Assembly: GCA_002633005.1 (NCBI GenBank)
Contig: NMRA01000485.1
Location: forward strand, 58,279 to 122,278
Origin: Phoronis australis
Lineage: Eukaryota > Animalia > Phoronida
Length of the DNA: 64,000 nucleotides
Reading direction: 5' to 3'
The notes beneath the pieces are model-generated. The model saw only the letters and a program-made list of their open reading frames with translations. It ran no database searches and was not told the origin of the DNA. Of the stretch, positions 1 through 10,600 are shown one piece after another. Within the stretch, counting starts at the first letter, position 1, and every line of letters begins with the position of its first letter. The translations under genes were made by a program, and so were the position numbers.

Positions 1-1464
1 ATTATGCTTTTAATTCAGTGCACTGGGACACCACGTTTTTTTAAATCTTCATCGACCGCTGGGAGACAGTATGTACACAAAAGTATTGCACACCTGTTTG
101 TTATCGTTTCTTTTGAAAAATTCAGATTACAAAAGAGAAATAATGATTTTGCACGAAAATTGCAAATTCCACTTATTCGTTCTAACAGATAAGTGGGACT
201 GTCATTTTCTTTTAAGGCCTTTAAGCTGTCAGGTTGTGGGTGCTTTACTAATAAAATGAACACTCAACAATCTGTTAAACATTCAATGGACACACGCTTC
301 TCTACGAAAGAGAATTAACTTCTGGGCTATCAATTGTACACCTTACACACGTGTTGAATCTGATGCATTCAAATATTAATGGTAAAAACTCTGTAGTTTT
401 GGCCAATCTACAAATTTAGGACACTCAAATTAAATACAAAATTGATTTTTTACTCTGCAGATTGGGATCATATTTTGCACACTGCATTTTGCATCAACAA
501 AATCTGAGATAAAATCATCATAATTAGCTGCAAAATTTGTATTTTCTCATAAGTTTTAAATTTGTGACAGCCAAAATTGCTCATTTCTAAAATTTGGTGA
601 AAGCCCTGACCTTAAGCAAATTACTTAATTTTCAATGCCCTCAACTGGAGAATTTTACCATAATACTCGTAACAAAGATATGAACACATTTTGGTTATAC
701 ACCTTCATAACCACATAGCACACTAGACACAAGTCATGATTGCTTCCCGCTAAAACTGACAAATTACAGAGTAGTTTTCAAAATAACATCGAACGTTGAC
801 AAAGCTTTAATACAGGATACATTTTCAACTAAGCCTCATAAATGTTTTTTCGCCTCTCTGATTAATTGGAAGTCAGCCTTCTAATCAGACAAGGAATGTG
901 CAATCTGTCACATTGTGACAAAGCCCCCCCATGTCATTGTAAAACATTTTTGGCATAACGGGAGTCAAAAGTCTGGCTGAATTTGATACAGGTCAAGTAA
1001 AGTGTGTCCAGAACAGTATTTTTTCTTGTCACTTTCGCATAAAAATAATAGCCGAAATTGCATCTATCCATTTTTTAGAAGTGCATGGCATCGAAAAATA
1101 CTATATTTTTATAAATCAGAACTGCTCAAAAACATACCATGCTAAAGTTGAAAGTAGATTATTTCTCAATTCTTATTTTTGTTGTGAAATTTTCCACCGT
1201 ACTTTGAGCTCCATTGAAGAGTGTTTACCACACAAGGCCTGGATGCCATTTTTATGATCCTGGACGAAACAGAACAGCTCTGGCAATCTTCCCTTCCAAG
1301 CTTGTGTGGCAGATAGTTTGACATGAGCTTAGTGTAATATTTCTGCATCACAGATCCATCACTCAACAGTCCACGTCATCAAATCAAAGTTGATAAGCAC
1401 GCACTAGAGAATTCTTCCTCGTAACAAACGGTCCAATCACAGCTCTCTGCCATATCATCATGTG

Positions 1465-1600
1465 CTATGAATAGTAGGTGAGCACAGACTCTTGGTTGCC
1501 ACGGAGCAACATGATGGGCGGCATGTTTTTTGTCAGACTGTCCAACCAGGCCATGTAGAGTCCAGCAGGACACACCCCTTTCCTGGGAATGGGCAGAGTC
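1465..1600 (-). CDS. SLC12 terminal coding exon
   Basis: 136 nt; [44 protein letters not shown] (TAG at 1467-1465). Confidence 0.97.
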
Positions 1601-4600
1601 CTGCAATGATTGTCAGATGAGAGAAGTCAAAAATAATCACCAAAATTGACATTTTTCTACTTTTCAAACTTTAAGGTAGTCTAACTAGCTTCAAATAATG
1701 GAAATTTTGCCAAATGTTGGTTTAAGACATCTAGAGTGCTCAATCCAAGTAAATAATAGACTGCAATATGTAAATCTTGAACCGGTGTGCAAATATAGAT
1801 CGCATATTCGTGTACACACACAAGTTTATGGGCGAGATGCCCACTGTAAAGTATGAACGATGGCTCAAAGGACTACAGTGTCTGCACAGTTAGCAGAAGG
1901 TCACAGGTTTGAGTCCCGATCAGAGCAGAAACCTTTTCAGACTTATGTTCATTAGGTCACGTGATGTGACCATCAGGTGGCATGCTGAGCAGACTTAAAA
2001 ATGCTTGCAACAGACTACAATCAATGTTGATTTTTTTTAAAAATTTGAAAACGGACTAAAATTTCACTTGTCTGGCATATTGTGTTCTAAATAAATGAAG
2101 ATATACTCTTCTCGAGATCAAGTCCATTCTCAGACGATGTACGAAATATGACTGACATGCACAAACCACGCCCCTTCAGAAAGTGGAATACTTAATTAAT
2201 TAGGGTCACGGCATTATTTGTTCGGAATAACATTTTCCTAACCGAACTAAAATCATATTTTCAATACAAACAACAACAAATAAACTTGGTATTCCCTTTC
2301 AACTTAGATAGAAAATTAATATAGAGACTATGTGCAAAAATTTCCAAAACTAAAATGCTGAGGGCATTGCAACGAGAAACTCGACATCAACTAAGTGGAC
2401 CGTGTGTGACAAATGCCATGCCTCTAGAAAATAATGCATACATTAAATACATCAGGCACACTAATCCCACAAGCTGCTGAACAGTTTTTTCTCAGTCCAA
2501 TTTGATGTTTTCCAAGAGGACTCATTTGTTATCATGCACGTATTGTACATTAGGAGACCAATTGCAAAATAAACTAAAAATGGAAGTCAGTCAAGCCGAC
2601 CACAGGCTTAGAACACACAGATTTATTATGAACCCATTTAGGATTTAGTATGGGCATCAAAAGCAAGAGGTAATGGGCCCCACCCTGGATAAAACTCGAT
2701 AAAAAACTACTTGACTTTCTAAAACCACTCTGAGGAGGTTGCGTATTACAACTATTATGATATTAAAATCTCTTGGTCTATTTACACCGACCTCTAGTCT
2801 ATTTACACTGTCACATCGTTTCGGTCAGTCTATTCTCTGGCCATCGTCAGGCATTTCCGCGTTCTTAGAAGAACGAGCACGGATATGTGGTACACTCATG
2901 GTCATCACACCATGAGTGTACCACATATCCGTGCTCGTTCTTCTAAGAACGCAGGAACACCTGATGATGGCCGGAGAATAGACTGACCGAAACGTCGTGA
3001 CAGTGTAAAGAGACTAGAGGTCGGTGTAAATAGACCCAAGAGATTTTAATAATAACTGTAACAAGAGCAACGCGGAGCGTTGAAATGCGCCCACAATTGC
3101 ACCGCATACGGTATCCTTCTAGGGTTGTTTATTGGTACCATAAAGTGGCCAGTAGAGGGCATACTTTGCAAAATGGAAAGGCATGGTCATTGTCTCCTCA
3201 ATAGGCTAGGGGCAAAATGTGAGTAATCTTCATAATACAAGCACATCCTATACACCAGTTGCTTAAAGCACCACAGAAACATANGCTGAGGGCATTGCAA
3301 CGAGAAACTCGACATCAACTAAGTGGACCGTGTGTGACAAATGCCATGCCTCTAGAGAATAATGCATACATTAAATACATCAGGGACACTAATCCCACAA
3401 GCTGCTGAACAGTTTTTTCTCAGTCCAATTTGATGTTTTCCAAGAGGACTCATTTGTTATCACGCAAGTATTGTACATTAGGAGACCAATTGCAAAATAA
3501 ACTAAAAATGGAAGTCAGTCAAGCCGACCACAGGCTTAGAACACACAGACTTATTATGAACACATTTACGATTTAGTATGGGCATCAAAAGCAAGAGGTA
3601 ATGGGCCCCACCCTGGATAAAACTCGATAAAAAACTACTTGACTTTCTAAAACCGCTCTGAGGTGGTTGCGTATTACAACTATAATCATATATTAAAATC
3701 TCTTGGTCTATTTACACCGACCTGTACTCTATTTACACTGTCATGCCGTTTCGGTCAGTCTATTCTCCGGCCATGTCAGGCATTCCCGCATTCTTAGAAG
3801 AATGAGCACAGATATGTGGTACACTCATGGTGTGATTTTTTTGTCCTAGGCAGGATTTGAACCCAAAACTTCAGCACCTTAACCACTACATCACGGAGTC
3901 ATCACACCATGAGTGTACCACATATTCGTGCTTGTTCTTCTAAGAATGCAGGAACACCTGATGATGGCCGGAGAATAGACCTACCGAAACGTCGTGACAG
4001 TGTAAATAGACTAGAGGTCGGTGTAAATAGACCAAGAGATTTTAATAATAGTTGTAAAAAACTACTTTGCATGACTGACCCTTTTTTCAAAATGTCCGGT
4101 TCTGCAGAGTTCATTAACAAGATGCGACACATCGTCAAGTACTGACATTTGCCCTTTTGTCAATTATTTGGTGCCAGGACAATGAAAGCAACTCTACGTG
4201 CTTGACCCACGTGTTGCATCCAATATCAACCTTTACTGCACTACATCAAGCTGATGATGAGATAGTGCATCCGGAGAAGCAGGACAAGTGCTTGGCACAT
4301 CTGTTGCATTGTGGGTAAATACCACAGAAAGAGAGTGATGCTGTGGTTTTTAAGGAGGGGTTCAATTATGGGCTACGCACTTTTCATTGGTTGGGTGGGT
4401 ATTAATTGAAAGGCATGCGTTTCTCTGCAGATGAGCATTAACAATGACATATTGAATGGATTAAGTACAATATTCTCTACTCACACAAAGATGATTTTGG
4501 CGTCTTTACTTTTCTCAAGGAGTAGCTCCCGAACCCGTAGATGGCGATCAGTCTGGAAACAGAGTAGAGCTAATTTCATCAAGGGAAGCCATTAATAGCC

Positions 4601-7600
4601 CAGGAGCAGTAATCGAATGCTTACCACGGCCACACAACACTTACCACGCTCCGCAAAAACTCTTACCAAAAAACTGTGAATTGTTAACAATTCAAACTGT
4701 TGACATTACAAGCCCCACATTCCCTACGACAATTCACCTCCAGGTAATCATAGATCAGCCCGCAGAACACCATGGGTGGTCTTCTTGTCCATCAATCGTT
4801 AACATCCACCTGGTAGCAGTCCTCTTTCCAACACATTATTTGTCTTCAGGTCATTATTATCAACCTGTCAGCACCCCTTCCCTGACCTTGTTGACCTCCA
4901 GGTCATTAACATGGACCTGCCAGCACCCACTACCTGGCTTCACTGGCCTCCAGGCCATTATCACTGACCTGACAAAACCCCTTCAATGGTCTCATTGGCC
5001 TCCAGTTCATTACTATACTTCATCTGACAGCATGTCTTCCATGGCCCTATTGACTTCCAGGTCATTATTATTGACCAGCCAACACCATTTCCCTGGTTTT
5101 ATTGGCTTCCAAGTCATTATGACTGACCTCCTAGCACACCTTTCCCCCACCTACCCTAGCTTTATTGGCCTCCAGATCATTGTTCGTGATCTTCCATGGC
5201 TTGTCCTCTTGTGACTCTCCCTCAGCCAGAAGCAGAGGAGAGATTAACTCATTGAACTCGGAAACGCTGAAACAGGGTGGAATTTGTTAATTGATCAGTG
5301 AACTCCCTAAGTTCTCATGAACTTGACTCTTGTCAAATAACCTCAAAACAATTTCATTAGTCTCATCTTGTACCTTAGCTCGGAGAGTATTTCTGGACTG
5401 GGATAGAACTAACAACTGGTCAGGCCATTCAGGCAAATCAGAGTTTGCCTTACCCGAGCAGCTGTCAGCTCGTCTTATCCCAGAAATGGTTGAAAGCAAC
5501 AGATAAGTATAGCCGCAGCATTGCTTGGTGACAAACAAATTCCAGTAGATAATTAATAGGCACAATCATATGATTATCACTAAATCATTAACCAATCAAA
5601 CAACAGGGTCGAGGTAGAATTTCGTGAAACTTCGATCGTTGTCCTAGCACATCTACAGGGTTGATTGCTACACCCAACAGTTCAGTATAGTTCAACGGTT
5701 GAAGTCATTATTACTGTCACAGTGACTTAGGGGTGCAGGATGCAAGGATTTAAAGAATATTGACATCACTCAGTCACAACGACCAGACATACTGTTTTCT
5801 AGAGATTACTAGGCTCAAATTCAATCAGTGTATATTATGCTTTTCGTGATAAATATTAATCTCAAAATAGTCGGCTATCGTGCCGTCATTAACAAGCAGG
5901 GTGTTGATATCCGGTAAAAAACAAACGTATACAGTGTTTAGAATTAGAGGCATTATGCAAGAGATTTGTACGCTCCCTTACGATAGGTTGACGCAGTGCC
6001 TAGAACATGTTTTTGCACCCAGTTACGCGCAGAGGCTCTGCACCAGTATGACTTATTACTCACGTATCTTTGTGCGGCGACTTGCCAATGCTGGGTATTA
6101 CTTCCATCTGCGAGTAGTCTATCCTGAACTTGCTCAGAAGTGTGGCCATGCTGTAACGAGAAACATGCGGCACTGCCTTACAAGAATACGTAATTTCAAC
6201 AAACAACTTGTCATTTCGGTGCGAAAATTNATGAACGTATGTCAAAGGGTTTTGGAGATAGAGCAGCGGACGCCGGACGCCAGACGCCGGACGGACGCCG
6301 CCCGGACGGACGGACGGACGGACAGAGATGACGGCATAATGCGTCCACATATAAATATGTGGGCGCATAAAAAACTACTTTGCATGACTGACCCACTTTT
6401 CAAAATGTAAGGTTCTGCCGAGTTCATTAACAAGATGCGACGCATCGTCAAGTACTGACATTTGCCCTTTTGCCAATTATTTGGTGCCAGGACAATGACA
6501 GCAACTCTACGTGCTTGACCCACGTGTCGCATCCAATATCAACCTTTACTGCACTACATCCAGCTGATGATGAGATAGTGCATCCGGAGAGGCAGGACAA
6601 GTGCTTGGCACATGTGTTGCATTGTGGGTAAATACCACAGAAAGAGAGTGATGCTGTGGTTTTTAAGGAGGGGTCTAATTATGGGCTGCGGACTTTTCAA
6701 TGGTTGGGTGGGTATTACTTGAAAGGCATGCGTTTCTCTGCAGATCAGCCTTAACAATGACACGTTGAATGGATTAAGTACAATATTCTCTACTCACACA
6801 AAGATGATTTTGGCGTCTTTACTTTTTTCAAGGAGTAGCTCCCGAACCCGTAGATGGCGATCAGTCTGGAAATAGAGTAGAGCTAATTTCATCAAGGGAA
6901 GCCATTGATAGCCCAGGAGCAATAAACGTATGCTTACCACGGCCACACAACACTTACCACGCTCCGCAAAAACTCTTACCATGGACAACACTGTGAATTG
7001 TTAACAATTCAAACTGTTGACATTACAAGCCCCACATTCCCTACGACATTTCACCTCCAGGTAATCATAGATCAGCCCGCAGAACACCTTGGGTGGTCTT
7101 CTTGTCCATCAATCGTTAACATCCACCTGGTAGCAGTCCTCTTTCCAACGCATTATTGGTCTTCAGGTCAGTATTATCAACCTGTCAGCACCCCTTCCCT
7201 AACCTAGTTGACCTCCAGGTCATTATCATGGACCTGCCAGCACCCACTACCTGGATTCAATGGCCTCCAGGCCATTATCACTGACCTGACAAAACCCCTT
7301 CCCTGGTCTCATTGGCCTCCAGTTCATTACTGTACTTGATCTGACAGCATGTCTTCCATGGCCCTATTGACTTCCAGGTCATTATTATTGACCAGCCAAC
7401 ACCATTTTCCTGGCCTTATTGGCCTCCAAGTCATTATGACTGACCTCCTAGCACACCTTTCCCCCCACCTACCCTAGCTTTATTGGCCTCCAGATCATTG
7501 TTCGTGATCTTCCATGGCTTGTCCTCTTGTGACTCTCCCTCAGCCAGAAGCAGAGGAGAGATTAACTCATTGAACTCGGCAACGCTGAAACAGGGTGGAA

Positions 7601-10600
7601 TTTGTTAATGGAATAGTGAACTCCTTGAAGTTCCCATGAGCTTGACTTTTGTCAAATAATCTCAAAACAATTTCATTACTAGTCTCATCTTGTACCTTAG
7701 CTCGGAGAGTATTTCTGCACAGGGATAGAACTAACAACTGGTCAGGCCATTCAGGCAAATCAGAGTTTGCCTTACCCGAGTGGCTGTCAGCTCGTCTTAT
7801 CCCAGAAATGGTTGAAAGCAACAGATAAGTATAGCCGCAGCGTTGCTTGGTGGCAAACAAATTCCAGTAGATAATTAGGCACAATAATATGATTATCACT
7901 AAATCATTAACCAATCAAACAAAAGGGTCAATGTAGAATTTCGTGAAACTTTGATCGTTGTCCTAGCACATCTACAGGGTTGATTGCTGCACCCAACAGT
8001 TCGGTATAGTTCAACAGTTGAAGTCATTATTGCTGTTACAGTGACTTAGGGGTGCAGGATGCAAGGATTTGAAGAATATTGACATCACTCAGTCACAACG
8101 ACCAGACATACTGTTTTCTAGAGCTTACTAGGCTCAACCTCACTCAGTGTATATTATGCTTTTCGTGATAAACATTAATCTCAAAATAGTCGGCTATCGT
8201 GCCGTCATTAACAAGCAGGGTGTTGATATCCGGTAAAAAACAAACGTATACAGTGTTTAGATTTAGAGGCATTATGCAAGAGATTTGTACACTCCCTAAC
8301 GATAAGTTGACGCAGTGCCTAGAACATGTTTTTGCACCCAGTTACGCGCAGAGGCTCTGCACCAGTATGACTTATTACTCACGTATCTTTGTGCGGTGAC
8401 TTGCCAATGCTGGGTATTACTTCCATCTGCGAGTAGTCTATCCGGAACTTGCTCAGAAGTGTGGCCATGCTGTAACGGGAAACATGCAGCACTGCCTTAC
8501 AAGAATACGTAATTTCAACAAACAACTTGCCATTTCGGTGCGAAAATTTCAACAACCCACTAAAACAATCAAGCCAGTCCCAGGTCACGTTTAGTCAATA
8601 CGAACCAACAGAGGCCACCGAGATCAATAAGAACTATGCCTCACGTACAGGTTGACGACAACTCCTGCGTTGGATGCTTTAAGGTAGAGTGGGGCATTTA
8701 TTTGGGAACTTAAAAGTAACAAGTTGTTTGAATGTCTAACATTCAGGGAGTCAATAGTTGTTGACAGTTGCCGATTAGTACATCCTGATGCAAAATCTGC
8801 CCAATTCATGCGAAAACATCCCATCGTTTCCCTAATAGAAACCTATTTGTTCAATTTCAAACAAATCTTTTGAACTCCGAAGATACAGATTAGCACAATG
8901 TAAAAAAATAAAATTGCCAAAATTTAACAAACTGCCAAGTCTATGTCCAGGCTCTGTTGAGGTCCATGCAAATTCCCATATCATCATCTTTAGAATCAAG
9001 AAAATTCATCTGACTTGAATTTCATTGTCTCAAATAATTAGCAACTGCTTCAACTGGAAAATGTTTACAGTATTTATAATTACAGTGAAAACACTGGCTA
9101 TGCAACTGTGACCTACTTTTTCTCGTCTCTAGTCAATGCCTGTTTCTTTGTGCCCGCAGTGAACACTCGCAGTTCACAGTTTCTCCAGTTAGACTTTTGC
9201 GCCAGGATATAGGGAATAAGAAGGGTCAGACCTAGGAAATATACCACCAGAGGTTAAAGGTGAGAGGTCACCACGAGAATTGTACATTTAATGACAACAT
9301 GGCAGTAGTTCCAAAGGCATAACCATCAAAATGGTATCAGGAAATTTGAGAATTAAAGTCATGTAGGACCTTATCGAAAAGGCTGTAAATTAAGTCAAAT
9401 AATCACCATAATTTTAACCCAAAGTACATGAGAAATCTTGTAGGTTTTTTACTTTTAATCAATCTAATTACAACTGGGTAACAATAACATGATTGACTTA
9501 AGTCCATTAAATAGCCAAGATAGGGGAGTGCAGTATTTCGAATTTCCTAACAGCGTTTTGAATAACAGTGCAAAAAGTATGAATAGTATCCAAATGTTTC
9601 ATATTATAAGAACAATCACTCATGTCTGAGATATGATGGTCCGAAGTTGGCCAAATTCGAATATTTCTCTAAGGTCCTATATAGCCTAAATTCACTGACA
9701 AAAAGGGTCAGCCAAGTAGGATTTCATTTCACTAAAAATTTCAGCAAAAATTTACAACACTTTAATCTGTAAGCCAATTCATGGCATTGTGTGCCCTGAA
9801 GATTTGCTAAGAGTTAACATTTTTGGGTAAAATTTCTGCGTTTGAGAAATAGAAATGATTCGGAGTTTAAAATTTAATCCATAGTTTCTCACCACCATCA
9901 TCGAACAGCCACCACACGTCGATGGTGCCCTTTTTCTGGAGACAACGAAACTGATCCACAGACTTCAACAATAGATGCTCCTGCTCCCCGTTTGCCACTT
10001 CCTCTGTTACTTCCAGCGCCCTCTGTTTGTCAGGTCTGAATGTCAACACCAATACTCAGTTCAACCTTATACTGACCACTGATCAAAACAAAGCCAGTCG
10101 TTTATTTTAAACTTAACATACATGAGGTACTGTATTCACCCTAATAACCGCCCATGCCCCTATAAGTGCTTCCCCCTACACGTTTGGCAAACACAAGGCA
10201 GAAAATGTTATTTAATATTTATTAATTTGGTCATATTTGGCAAAATATATTTTATAATGCACGATTACACTCAATAATTTACTAACTGTTGAATCAGTTA
10301 ATTTAGTTGTCAGAGTATAAATTATTTGTAAAAGGTGAACGCCTAGAACTAGTCTGATTTAATAGACTAATCATTTCAATATTTGTTGATCCCGGAAGTG
10401 GCTGTGCTGTCTGTATTGTGCACATGTATCTACATTACTGTAATGTTTGTTGCTACTTGTATAATGTAAAATATTTGTAGAATTGGTATAAAACTAATTA
10501 CTAGGAATAAACTCTGTTTTATTTCATAATGCGACCAAAATGTAAGGACCTACACATGGAAAAATGAAATTTAATTCACTTTATGAACCATACCGTGTTC

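Larger units (their letters stand above)
3285..6229. other. Redundant haplotype contig bracketed by single Ns
   Basis: 3285-4057 matches 2357-3060 and 4057-6229 matches about 6372-8548, with scattered SNPs and indels. Ns at 3284 and 6230. Confidence 0.88.

Noticed and set aside
1859-1927. Functional tRNA genes (also 3837-3900, about 19845-19900, 25330-25392, 38360-38437)
   Set aside because: A/B-box-like motifs are present but acceptor stems or anticodon arms are broken, so they are treated as tRNA-derived repeats.
4681-5214. 177-aa plus-strand ORF
   Set aside because: Non-ATG start, made of minisatellite units, and interrupted in the allelic copy (ORF ends at 7207).
4485-6150. True tandem duplication of three exons giving a longer C-terminus
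   Set aside because: The segment is bounded by Ns and the flanking sequence holds the two ends of one insertion, so an uncollapsed allele explains it better.
5880-6410. 176-aa plus-strand ORF
   Set aside because: Crosses the N junction, antisense to an exon and ends in a microsatellite.
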